Source of the DNA: a bacterium
GTDB taxonomy: Bacteria; Electryoneota; JAOADG01
Length of the DNA: 64,000 nt
Direction of reading: 5' to 3'
NCBI GenBank assembly: GCA_963681965.1
Contig: OY820579.1
Location: 288,001-352,000, forward strand
Shown here: one piece after another, positions 30,711-40,408 of the stretch
Layout: the number at the start of each line of letters is the position of its first letter
Position numbering within the stretch: the first letter of the stretch is position 1
Notes under the pieces: generated by a model
What the model was told of the DNA's origin: nothing
The model's input: the letters and a program-made list of their open reading frames with translations, nothing else
Databases searched by the model: none
Program-made: the position numbers and the translations under genes

Positions 30711-32938
30711 TACTTCTCCGTCAAGGTGTATACTTTATCCCAATTATCCGGTGGTGGATCGCGTAAGTACCCTAGCGATCGTTCGTAAAATGTCTTTGCC
30801 GGACCATCGTTGGGATCCAATGCCAATACTCGTTTGAATAAGGTACAAGAGGTTTCGAATTCCCCTTCGTCGTACTTTTGTCGTGCTTCACGGAAAGTCG
30901 CGAGCAGCGTCGCTAGTTTCGGAGGCAGCGATCCGTTGTTTTCCGCAACGACTTCATAGATCTCGACGACCTGGGTTTTTCCAATTACCCGGATGCGGTC
31001 GAGAAACCTCGTCACAAAAGCGTCGCCAAGTTCACTGAGGGTATCGGCGCTACAGATAATAGTGGTTTCGTAAATCTTATTGACGCTTTCAAGTCGAGAT
31101 CCAAGATTGACAGCATCACCCATTACGGTATAATCGAAAACATCTTCGGAGCCCATGTTTCCGACAATCATGTCACCGGTATTGATCCCGACCCGGGAAT
31201 ACAATTTCGGGCGCGACTCATTTGCCCATTTAGTACGAAGTTCAGCTAACTTTCGCTGCATTCTCAACGCAGAGCGGCATGCTCGGATGGCGTGATCCGG
31301 ATAGTGAATTGGCGCGCCGAATTCAGCCATAATCAAGTCGCCTTCGTACTTATCAATAATCCCTTCTTCCGCAAGAATCTCCCGCGTCATCGCCGTTAAA
31401 TATTCGTTCAATAAACTGACCAGAGCTTCCGGCGACATCCGTTCCGAAATTGAGGTAAAACCGGCAACATCGGTAAAGAGTACCGTAAGTCGACGACGTT
31501 CCCCACCAAGGCGTAACATCTCCGGTTTGTCGAGGAGTTCACCAACAACCTTTTTGGGAACGTAGCGACCGAACATTCCGCGGATTTTCGCTTTCTCTTT
31601 CTGTTCCCGCAACACTCGTCGTAATACCGTCAGAATAAACACCAAGCTGATCGACGACATCGGCGCTATCGATTGTGTCATGTAATTGCCATAGATGAAC
31701 ACAAACGCGGATCCAAAGAACACCAGTAAAATCGACGCTACTGTGATGATCACACCTACCCAGACACTGCGGTGGTGTGCTACCCACCAGACTGGAATAC
31801 AAAGCAGAAGCCAGATGAAGAATTGAATCCAAAATGAGATTCTGATCAAGAAGCTATTGGAAAGAAGTGTCCAGAGCGCATGTGCGTGAATCTCGACCCC
31901 GGGCATTTTAGCTGGTGAGGGGTCGTACAAATCGAATGGTGTCGAGCGAACGTCCTGCATCGCCGGCATCGTATTACCGACAAATACGATTTTATCTTTA
32001 AACGGATTATCTTTCGCCAATGCCATCAATAGCGAATCTGAGCCGGGTGGCGGCGGCGAAAGGGTCAACTCCATCCAGTCGGTATCGTACCCCTCGGCAA
32101 GATCGAATGAGGCATCGTCCAGCACTTGTGCCAATTTGTAATATGGGAATGCGTGTTGCTTTCCCGCAGGACCGGCATAATTGATCCACATCCGCAACTG
32201 ACCGTATGTAGGAACAGACAGGTTACCAAATTGCGCCAATTCCGGCGAATAGCGAATTTGATCGGCGCGAATCGAATCGCCCCGATACATTTCTAAGGCT
32301 TTCAATCCCAACGATAAATACAATTTTCCGTTCGCATCGATACCCAGAAGATAGTGATGGACGACTTTATCGATATCTTCCGGAACATTGACATTTGCCC
32401 ATGGCGCACCGGTTTTTACGAAATTCGGATCCGGAGGCGATTCGACATACATCTCCTCAGCTAGATTTCGGTTTCGTTCGACCATCAACTCGCCAGCGAG
32501 CAGGACATTTCCCGCGTGCTTGATTGCATCGGCAAACGCAGCATCACCCGCACTATCGGCGGGGGTACCGAACTGAATATCGAATACGATCAGTTTTGCA
32601 CCAGCGGCATGTAAGTTGTTGACCAAATGCGCCCAGATCGATCGCGAATAAGGCCAACGCAGTCGGAGTGCCAGTTCCGATTCATCGTCGGCTTCGACGA
32701 TTACAATCGGGGCTGATTGAGGTTTTGGTGGATTATATCGTTGTCGCCAGCGAAACTTGGTGTCGAGTAATTTGCGTTCGCCAATATCGTTGAGTGTCAG
32801 CGCGGGCAGGATCGTACTAATATTGGAGAGCAATATTCCAATAAACAGAGCAAGAAAAACGATCCAGACCCCGGACCAGCGACCGAATATGGTAGTAATT
32901 TTCATGTGCTCTCCGTCGAACAAACGCGGGGCTTCCAA
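30710..32938 (-). CDS. CHASE2-domain class III adenylate/guanylate cyclase
   Basis: RWPYSR, MPGVEIHAH, three TM helices, LFTDVAGFTS, DKYEGD, YTVMGDAVNLGSRLE. Confidence 0.92.
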   Translation of the reverse strand: MEAPRLFDGEHMKITTIFGRWSGVWIVFLALFIGILLSNISTILPALTLNDIGERKLLDTKFRWRQRYNPPKPQSAPIVIVEADDESELALRLRWPYSRSIWAHLVNNLHAAGAKLIVFDIQFGTPADSAGDAAFADAIKHAGNVLLAGELMVERNRNLAEEMYVESPPDPNFVKTGAPWANVNVPEDIDKVVHHYLLGIDANGKLYLSLGLKALEMYRGDSIRADQIRYSPELAQFGNLSVPTYGQLRMWINYAGPAGKQHAFPYYKLAQVLDDASFDLAEGYDTDWMELTLSPPPPGSDSLLMALAKDNPFKDKIVFVGNTMPAMQDVRSTPFDLYDPSPAKMPGVEIHAHALWTLLSNSFLIRISFWIQFFIWLLLCIPVWWVAHHRSVWVGVIITVASILLVFFGSAFVFIYGNYMTQSIAPMSSISLVFILTVLRRVLREQKEKAKIRGMFGRYVPKKVVGELLDKPEMLRLGGERRRLTVLFTDVAGFTSISERMSPEALVSLLNEYLTAMTREILAEEGIIDKYEGDLIMAEFGAPIHYPDHAIRACRSALRMQRKLAELRTKWANESRPKLYSRVGINTGDMIVGNMGSEDVFDYTVMGDAVNLGSRLESVNKIYETTIICSADTLSELGDAFVTRFLDRIRVIGKTQVVEIYEVVAENNGSLPPKLATLLATFREARQKYDEGEFETSCTLFKRVLALDPNDGPAKTFYERSLGYLRDPPPDNWDKVYTLTEK

Positions 32939-33042
32939 CGAAACCCCGCGTGTGCGGATTAAAGCAACAATTAGCTTGAAGAATCGGAAAAGAATTCCGA
33001 AGTTACAATACTATCACCGAAAAAAGCGATCACTCACTCGGG

Positions 33043-35448
33043 TTAAAAAGTTTTTTCCAATCTCAACCATGCAAATGTCTCACCGACGGTACTGCCCTTG
33101 GTTGTGTATCCGTTGCTCGTCACGTCGGAATATTTGGTCGACAGGAAGTCCGCCTGCAACCGCGCCGACAATTGATACGGGAATAGATATCCACCACCAA
33201 GCGAGAAATTCGTCTTGCTATAGGGAGATAATCCGCTTGCTGTCTGAGATGTGAATGCAAGGAACGTAGACAGCTTGTTCCGAAGCCATGTCTTATCGCC
33301 GCGTAAACCGATCGAGCCAAATGTCGACGATTTTCCGGTGTATAGCGAACCGACCATAACCGGACTTTCGACTTTCATATTGGAGTAATCGATCGTCGTC
33401 GATAAATCGGTTTGCCACTTTGTCTTCCAGCTCAAGTTGAACATACTGGTCGACGAATTGAACGGGCTTCCGGCAGTACGCGAATATTGATCGGCACGCT
33501 TGAAATTGTTAATCGAGAAGGATGCACTATGATCGTAATTAGCCATCCGGAACGATTTAGCAATGAAAATCGACATATTTGTCAATTTCTCATTGACGCG
33601 ATTGTCGACCACAACGGCAGTATCGATATCGTTTTTCCGAGTTCCACCGCGATACGATAACGAAACGTCGGGGAGGTATGATTCTGGCGGATAGTAACTG
33701 ATATCGAAATTGGTAATTCCTTGCTTGACGGTACCGGTTACGGAGTTGTTGTTCAAATTGTTATGCGCACTTTCGTAACCAACAGTGACATACAATCGAT
33801 TCTGGAGAAGATGCATACGATCTCTAATCGAGATGCCTGCATCGTCTGGAATGATTGAAGAGGCGGCTAGTGAGTAAAACGCCGGACCGGTATTCCGGAA
33901 TTTGAATTGGAAATTGTTGTTGAAATAGTTCAACTGCAACCCGTAGGTGTACGCCAGATTGGTTTTCTTCGACGGATCGAGCGGAATCATGTTCGCGTTC
34001 AATACAAAATACTTTTCATACTTCTTCGGATCGAATGGCGCTTTGATATCCATCAACTTTTCCAAAGAGTCCTTGTTGACCGAACCTCCGCGAATGTCAC
34101 GATTATACAACGATCCGGCAAATTCGCCGTTGATTAGAATGCGACGACTGTCAAAGGCAAATTGAATATCGCTACCGATCACCAGATTTTCTTGCGGTGT
34201 AATGCCATTTTGGCTAGCAACCGTAGAGTCGAGACCAAAGCGATTATCGCGAACTTTAACCAGTGTCAATCCGAAATTCGAGCCGATTTTTGAACCGTAC
34301 CAATTACGAACCGAAGTCAATTCGCGAGCGTACGAGACATCGGCATCGTCGCGGTTATCGTCCACTTGCTTCGCGGTTTTACCATTTGCGAACTCAATAT
34401 GGAAAGGACCACCGTGTAATTCAGCCAAAAGACCGCGCACTCGAGTACCGGAAATTGTCAAAGGCGTATAATCGGGATTATTGTCGCCCAATCCGATTTT
34501 ATACCACTTACCACTGAACCAAAATTGATAACGGTTACGTGGTTGTTCGTAAGTTCGTTCTTCGTTGGTCAGGTAGAAGCGACCGCCAAAATTGGTGTTG
34601 CCATACCGTCCCGAGAAGTTCAATCCTTCGCGTTGCCACCAATGTTTATCGGTTCCGCCAGTGGCATTTCCGACGCGTTCGAGTCGAGTTTCCGACCAAC
34701 CGTTTCCTTCGAAAGTAAACGGGGTTCGGGCAGTCTCTAGATCGCCAGTTCGAACCGAATGAAACTTTTCTTCCAAACTTGCAATTGCCAAACCGGTTTT
34801 CGTGTAACCGCTCATTCGGATTTTATGAGCACCGGCAGTCAATCCCTTTGCGATATACGAAACGAGTTCCGGGCTCACATTGGCTTTACTTGTCACTGCG
34901 GCATCGTCGATTTCCAGCCGGGCAGTCGCAAGATCCAACTCACCACCAAGCACTGCGATCGAGACAATTACGTCTTCCGCGGCATCTTGTGGTTCGGTGG
35001 GATCGGGAGTGACCAGTTGAAAAATCACCGTTCCGGCAGGTGCAGATCCGGCAGAGCGAACCGTCACACTAAATGGCGATGACGGAGCGCCGGCTGAAGA
35101 TGGGGGTAACGTTTCCCGGGTTCCGTTTTTACTTTCCACAGCGATATAATATTCGATCCCTTTTTCAGTAACGTACGAACCCGGAATTTCACCAGAGAAC
35201 CCGTTTCCTGCTGGGAGAAGATCGCCTTCGTGATAACTTGCTTCGCCCGGTTTCCGATAAGCAACGATTGCTTTCGTGATATCGTTGGGAGAAGTGAGTG
35301 CTTTTACTTGAACAGATATCGATTGACCAGCAACGGCAGTAGCAATCGGGGTATGATCAATCGTTGTTCCGATCTGGGCAAATGCCAACGAGGTAAACAA
35401 AAGAAGTGTTACAATAGCAACAATGTGTTTCATATTGTCCTCACCCAA
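33043..35448 (-). CDS. Outer membrane beta-barrel-like protein with N-terminal Ig-like domains
   Basis: Signal peptide, IDHTP...EYYI Ig domain, amphipathic strands, C-terminal LEKTF (terminal Phe). Confidence 0.65.
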   Translation of the reverse strand: MGEDNMKHIVAIVTLLLFTSLAFAQIGTTIDHTPIATAVAGQSISVQVKALTSPNDITKAIVAYRKPGEASYHEGDLLPAGNGFSGEIPGSYVTEKGIEYYIAVESKNGTRETLPPSSAGAPSSPFSVTVRSAGSAPAGTVIFQLVTPDPTEPQDAAEDVIVSIAVLGGELDLATARLEIDDAAVTSKANVSPELVSYIAKGLTAGAHKIRMSGYTKTGLAIASLEEKFHSVRTGDLETARTPFTFEGNGWSETRLERVGNATGGTDKHWWQREGLNFSGRYGNTNFGGRFYLTNEERTYEQPRNRYQFWFSGKWYKIGLGDNNPDYTPLTISGTRVRGLLAELHGGPFHIEFANGKTAKQVDDNRDDADVSYARELTSVRNWYGSKIGSNFGLTLVKVRDNRFGLDSTVASQNGITPQENLVIGSDIQFAFDSRRILINGEFAGSLYNRDIRGGSVNKDSLEKLMDIKAPFDPKKYEKYFVLNANMIPLDPSKKTNLAYTYGLQLNYFNNNFQFKFRNTGPAFYSLAASSIIPDDAGISIRDRMHLLQNRLYVTVGYESAHNNLNNNSVTGTVKQGITNFDISYYPPESYLPDVSLSYRGGTRKNDIDTAVVVDNRVNEKLTNMSIFIAKSFRMANYDHSASFSINNFKRADQYSRTAGSPFNSSTSMFNLSWKTKWQTDLSTTIDYSNMKVESPVMVGSLYTGKSSTFGSIGLRGDKTWLRNKLSTFLAFTSQTASGLSPYSKTNFSLGGGYLFPYQLSARLQADFLSTKYSDVTSNGYTTKGSTVGETFAWLRLEKTF

Positions 35449-35483
35449 GTGTGATATAAATCACGGCGTTAGATAGCGACATA

Positions 35484-35513
35484 CGAAACGGCGGCTTTAT
35501 AAAGTCGCCGTTT
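35484..35513. other. Intergenic hairpin within the operon
   Basis: CGAAACGGCGGCTTT-AT-AAAGTCGCCGTTTCG. Confidence 0.5.
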
Positions 35514-35528
35514 CGCTGCGAGAGTGTG

Positions 35529-36206
35529 CTATTCTTCGTATTCGATCACTAAATACTTCATGTTACCCTCGGCATCCCGGTAGGGAACGCGGAGAGTATT
35601 CATTCGACCAGCACCTTCGGGGTTGGGAATCGACGAGGTCGTCGGATTCACCGACGCTCCGTTATTATCGGAAGTACCGGTGTTACCCTGGGTGACATCA
35701 ACAATTTGTCCGGAAAGTCGACTTAACAACTCGACAATACCAGAAAGACCAATAATTTCGGTTCGACCATTTTCATCGACGAGGGTCCACCACATTGTTC
35801 CCTTTACCGATGCGACGGATGTCGGAGTCACAACTTTCAAATGCGATCCTTCTTTCGTCACATGGGTCCAGATCTTACCGACGTCCATATTGACCGTCTG
35901 CTCGACAGCGGTACCAGTTCGATTCGCCGCGATCGTCATTAGCGTATTTTCGCGAATTTTAATCTGGGTTTTATCGTCAACGAAAATCAAGAAACAGTAC
36001 CCATCGGCACCAGTCTTAATCTTATCGCCGTCGCTAAGATGAGTCGACGCAGTCAGCGGAACAGCGGTTTTCGAACCGCCTTTAAAGTACTCGACTTTGC
36101 CTTTGACTTTGTACGTGATCGCCACGTTTTGCGCGGGAGCTGCCAAGGAAGAGACGATCCACAAAAGTACTAATATTGTTGAAATAATGATTCCAAATCG
36201 TTTCAT
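35529..36206 (-). CDS. Secreted FecR-domain protein
   Basis: GDKIKTG, D.TQIKIRENT and TPTSVASVKGT FecR motifs. Confidence 0.85.
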   Translation of the reverse strand: MKRFGIIISTILVLLWIVSSLAAPAQNVAITYKVKGKVEYFKGGSKTAVPLTASTHLSDGDKIKTGADGYCFLIFVDDKTQIKIRENTLMTIAANRTGTAVEQTVNMDVGKIWTHVTKEGSHLKVVTPTSVASVKGTMWWTLVDENGRTEIIGLSGIVELLSRLSGQIVDVTQGNTGTSDNNGASVNPTTSSIPNPEGAGRMNTLRVPYRDAEGNMKYLVIEYEE

Positions 36207-36227
36207 TTTACTCTCCTAATAGCTCCG

Positions 36228-37277
36228 TTAACGGGATGACACATTACGAATATTGTAAGTACCGTTCGAGAAGCTCCCAATCATCGCCATCAATTGTTGA
36301 ACGGTTATTGGTTGGTCGTTCAGATAAATCTCGCCGGTAAGGTTACCGTTTTGGATTTGATCCAATAACCGCGCACCGATCGAACCGGATAAGATTTGAT
36401 TAAGCGCCGCCATCAATTGCATTGATTCGGCGGTAACTACGGGTGCAACACGGAAAACATTGATTTCCGATCCAACTTTTTCGTTACCGTGCGAGGTTTC
36501 AATGGACGTAACCACTTGCCAAGCATAATAATTCCCCGGACGTAATGCGATGACTCCGCTAGAGGGATATTGGAAACTCTTGCTGGTAACCGAAGCCGCA
36601 CAAACTTCGCGATTTTCGAGTGCAGAAGCGGGATCTTCACCGGGTCGGATTTCGGCAATAGTGATATTAAAAGCGCTCTGAGTTGAATTCCAGACAAAAA
36701 ATGGTTTATCGGTTGGAACAGGATTGTTACCCTGTGGATCGTTGGAAGGATAACTCAGGGAAACGTAACCCATTCCCTTCACTTGAAATTGAATGGAAGG
36801 AGCCGGAAGCGAATTATGACCAACCCCATTATCCCAAGTTACCGACATATCGTAGAAGTAAGTGTTGATTGGAACCATGCCAGTACTTAACATTTGATTC
36901 AAAACACCACTTGATAAGTCCGGATTCTTTTTCCAATGACCTTTAGAAGAATTCGCACTCAAATTTAAGTTAGTAAATTCTTGTCGACTTGGTGTAGGAT
37001 CAACATCTAACCAGCCACTAGCGAGAGTGTCACTAACGTTTCGCAACGAAACATTGAGTTTGATATTGCGATCGGTTGAAGCGATATTGTCGAGGATGAC
37101 TCGAAATAAAACTTCTCCCGCACCACTTCGCATCAAATCCAAGTCTGACACATATATAATTTGTGAACCAGTCAATCTACTGGATAGAGAAGCGTTAATC
37201 GTTATTGCCTGCGCGATTCCAGAAATCGAAATCAACAAGCATGTAATTAATAAAAATTTCCAAGATCTTCGTTTCAT
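36228..37277 (-). CDS. Secreted beta-sandwich hypothetical protein (DUF928-like C-half)
   Basis: Signal peptide, PFFVWN, YPSS..LRPGNYYAWQV. Confidence 0.6.
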   Translation of the reverse strand: MKRRSWKFLLITCLLISISGIAQAITINASLSSRLTGSQIIYVSDLDLMRSGAGEVLFRVILDNIASTDRNIKLNVSLRNVSDTLASGWLDVDPTPSRQEFTNLNLSANSSKGHWKKNPDLSSGVLNQMLSTGMVPINTYFYDMSVTWDNGVGHNSLPAPSIQFQVKGMGYVSLSYPSNDPQGNNPVPTDKPFFVWNSTQSAFNITIAEIRPGEDPASALENREVCAASVTSKSFQYPSSGVIALRPGNYYAWQVVTSIETSHGNEKVGSEINVFRVAPVVTAESMQLMAALNQILSGSIGARLLDQIQNGNLTGEIYLNDQPITVQQLMAMIGSFSNGTYNIRNVSSR

Positions 37278-37574
37278 ATATATACCCTCCCTTCGCGAGG
37301 AATTGACACCGGAATTCAGAATACTCTAAGATACGCCGGTTACACTGCACCCGGTGTTGTTGAAGATCACCAATACAAAATGATAACTGTCACTGATTTC
37401 TTTGTCCGGTTGAAAGAAGAACCAACACGGCATACTCTGCATCTGAATGAAGATAGACCGACTCATGCTCAAAAACAAGCATTTTTCGAATGAAGTAACT
37501 TTTCTTGGGAATTAAGTTAAAAAAACTGAATTGTTGCCGGTTTTCCACGACTACTATATATTGAATTCGGGATT

Positions 37575-38648
37575 ATGTTGAAACCTACACTTTCACGGGG
37601 CGCCCTTTACGCAATTATCGCTGCCGCTCTATTCGGCAGCAGTACTCCATTTGCCAAACAGTTTCTGCACAATATCGCCTCTCAATGGCTAGCCGGGTTG
37701 CTATATCTCGGAGCAGGAATTGGATTAGCTCTTCAGGTTATTCTATCGTCAATACTTCATCGACCCACCGATCGGCAGGAAGCTCCACTCCGATTGAATG
37801 ATCTTCCCCGACTATTAGTTGCAATTATCTTCGGGGGAATCGCCGGTCCGTGGTTACTCATGATTGGTTTGACCACAACACCGGCTGCCAATGCGTCACT
37901 GTTACTGAATCTTGAAGCAGTGCTTACGGCACTCATCGCTTGGATCATCTTCCGCGAAAATTGGGATCGTCGCATTGTTATCGGAATGCTTGCAATAACG
38001 ATTGGGTGTATCGTGTTGACTTGGTCGGGATCCTTTCAGTGGCAGAGTTTAACGGGATCACTATGTGTCTTACTGGCGTGTGCTTGCTGGGCGATCGACA
38101 ACAATTTGACCCGAGCGATTTCGGCAGTCGACCCAAAACGTATTACGATGATAAAAGGAATCATTGCTGGTTCCGTAAATATTGGAATTGCGGTCGTCCG
38201 CGGTCTTCCCGTTCCCGACTTCAAAGATGTAATACTCGTGGGAATTGTCGGTTGGGGCGGTTACGGAATAAGTCTAGTTCTCTTTGTATTAGCGCTTCGG
38301 AATATCGGAACTGCCCGAACCGGAGCTTTTTTCTCGATCGCACCCTTCGTAGGAGTAGCAGTCGCGCTCTTATTCGATCCCGGGGAATGGCATATTCGAC
38401 TCATCCCGGCAACAATTCTGATGATTGTCGGGATCTGGTTACATCTTACTGAGAAGCACCAGCATCTCCACACGCATACCGAACTAGTGCACGAACACAG
38501 TCATTCCCACGATGAACATCATGCTCACCATCCGAGTGAAGTATTGGTAACGTCGCCACATACTCATAAGCATCATCACTCCGCAATTGAACATTCCCAT
38601 CTTCATTATCCCGATCTACACCATCGTCACGATCATACTGCAGAATAA
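37575..38648 (+). CDS. EamA/DMT transporter with a His-rich C-terminal tail
   Basis: About 10 TM helices, SLLLNLEAV, WAIDNNLT, HLHYPDLHHRHDH tail. Confidence 0.9.
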   Translation: MLKPTLSRGALYAIIAAALFGSSTPFAKQFLHNIASQWLAGLLYLGAGIGLALQVILSSILHRPTDRQEAPLRLNDLPRLLVAIIFGGIAGPWLLMIGLTTTPAANASLLLNLEAVLTALIAWIIFRENWDRRIVIGMLAITIGCIVLTWSGSFQWQSLTGSLCVLLACACWAIDNNLTRAISAVDPKRITMIKGIIAGSVNIGIAVVRGLPVPDFKDVILVGIVGWGGYGISLVLFVLALRNIGTARTGAFFSIAPFVGVAVALLFDPGEWHIRLIPATILMIVGIWLHLTEKHQHLHTHTELVHEHSHSHDEHHAHHPSEVLVTSPHTHKHHHSAIEHSHLHYPDLHHRHDHTAE

Positions 38649-38653
38649 GACCA

Positions 38654-38680
38654 AAAAAAGGACGCAGCTGCCTGCGTCCC
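38654..38680 (-). terminator. Terminator between convergent genes
   Basis: A7-GGACGCAG-CTGC-CTGCGTCC. Confidence 0.7.
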
Positions 38681-38706
38681 GGAATAATTTAATTTTGTGT
38701 GAGTCG

Positions 38707-40365
38707 TTACTTCGCCATTTCCAGTGCCAGTCGTTTTCGCTTGATCATCCAGAAACCGACGAGGAATACCGCTTCCAGAATCCCGTAAATCCAGACCACA
38801 GGGGGCATCGGTTCGGGATTGCCACCGCTACTGCTAGCATAACTATGAAGCCCGACAAGGAAGAAATTCACACCGTAATAGGTCATCAGAACTACCGGGA
38901 AACCGACGATAGAAAGCACCGCTGTACCGGTTCGCTTCCACCAATTCGAATAGCGACCGTGTGCCACAGCGAGATAATAAAACCAGGTAATCAGCGCCCA
39001 AGTCTCTTTCGGGTCCCAACCCCAATATCGTCCCCAGCTTTCGTTTGCCCACATCGCTCCGAGAATAATGCCGGTCACCAGAAATAGCATTGCGACCTGA
39101 ACAACCCGATACAGCGATTTATCCAGTTGTTGTAGTTGAGCGGAATCTTTCTTGCCCCACAGTTCATATCCCAAAACCACATGACCAATTCCCATCGCCA
39201 GCGCGCAAGCACTGTATCCGAGCATCATGATCATGACATGGTACGTCAACCAGTAGGATTTTAATACCGGAGCGAGCGGAGTCACGAACGGATCAAATGG
39301 ACTGGCGTCATTGATAATTAAAGCGATAACACCTAAAACCGCCGAAGCAGCCAGGAACCATTTCACTTTAGTAATCCATTCAAACATAAGCGCGAAGAAC
39401 ATGATGCCGAATGCCAGCATCTGCATCGATTCGTACATATTCGACCAAGGCGCTCGTCCGGAAATGTAGGCGCGTAACAGCAATGCAATCAGGTGTGCGG
39501 CAAAGCCTGCAACCCATAGCGCAACAGCAACCCAACGGAGCTTCGGTTTTTCTACAATTGCGATACCGATAAAAGCTAGGAAGGCTAGAAGATATAAAAT
39601 CCATGCAATCATCGCCGGATGGTATTTGGAGTAGCTCGATTCGACTGATAAATGAGTATCGGAAACCATGTGCGAACCAGCCATTTGCTTCGTCGTGTGG
39701 GCAAAGTCTTCGGCAGCCATACTGAATGCGTTTTGATCGCTATTCTTGTATGCATCGAGAATCGTAACCCATTTCTGGACCAATGGCGAAACTTCAGCTT
39801 CGTGATTGTGTCCATCATGATTATGGCTTGCCAGTTCGGCAGGAGACGACCATGGGGCATTTGGATCGCTGGTCGGCACGATCGGCAGTGCCGAGTTCAT
39901 GGCATCATTCAGTAACATCGTTCGGTGAAAAAGCGCACCGGCTTCTTTATCGAGTTTGGTCTGCTGATTATCCGGTTTGGTGCGCAACTCATCGATGTAA
40001 GCATCCAAAGTATTGCTTTTTCGAATCGTTTCCAGCGATATCCGACGTTTACTGGCATCATAACCAAGTTTTTGCCGGAGCGGTAAATAATCGATTAAAA
40101 TCACTTCGGCTTTTTGTGCTTGGTCGGGATTTACCATCCAATTGAACATGGTATTTAACGGTGAAAGACCGTCGATCGACGATTTACCAGAGATATTATG
40201 AATCGTTTCCCGGGCGTAGGAATCGAGTGGTTTGACGCGTCCTCCCTCCAACACTGGAATGAGTCTAGCCGCATCGACATTGATTGCCGCGAACGCGATC
40301 GAACCGGAAAAGAGCGCGAGAGCTAGGATGAGCTTTATTGTTTTCATTCGAGTTAGTTCCCCCAA
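38707..40365 (-). CDS. ccsA: Cytochrome c biogenesis protein CcsA with an N-terminal periplasmic domain (likely start MKTIKL)
   Basis: GRVKPLDSYARE, APWSNMYES, WGRYWGWDPKETW (WWD domain) and GLHSYA motifs. Confidence 0.9.
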   Translation of the reverse strand: MGELTRMKTIKLILALALFSGSIAFAAINVDAARLIPVLEGGRVKPLDSYARETIHNISGKSSIDGLSPLNTMFNWMVNPDQAQKAEVILIDYLPLRQKLGYDASKRRISLETIRKSNTLDAYIDELRTKPDNQQTKLDKEAGALFHRTMLLNDAMNSALPIVPTSDPNAPWSSPAELASHNHDGHNHEAEVSPLVQKWVTILDAYKNSDQNAFSMAAEDFAHTTKQMAGSHMVSDTHLSVESSYSKYHPAMIAWILYLLAFLAFIGIAIVEKPKLRWVAVALWVAGFAAHLIALLLRAYISGRAPWSNMYESMQMLAFGIMFFALMFEWITKVKWFLAASAVLGVIALIINDASPFDPFVTPLAPVLKSYWLTYHVMIMMLGYSACALAMGIGHVVLGYELWGKKDSAQLQQLDKSLYRVVQVAMLFLVTGIILGAMWANESWGRYWGWDPKETWALITWFYYLAVAHGRYSNWWKRTGTAVLSIVGFPVVLMTYYGVNFFLVGLHSYASSSGGNPEPMPPVVWIYGILEAVFLVGFWMIKRKRLALEMAK

Positions 40366-40408
40366 AATCGATATCGAACTAGACTAGTTTTGTGTCCATT
40401 TCAACCGT

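Noticed and set aside
37278-37574. Possible riboswitch upstream of the cyclase cluster
   Set aside because: No recognisable aptamer consensus by eye; an Rfam scan would be needed.
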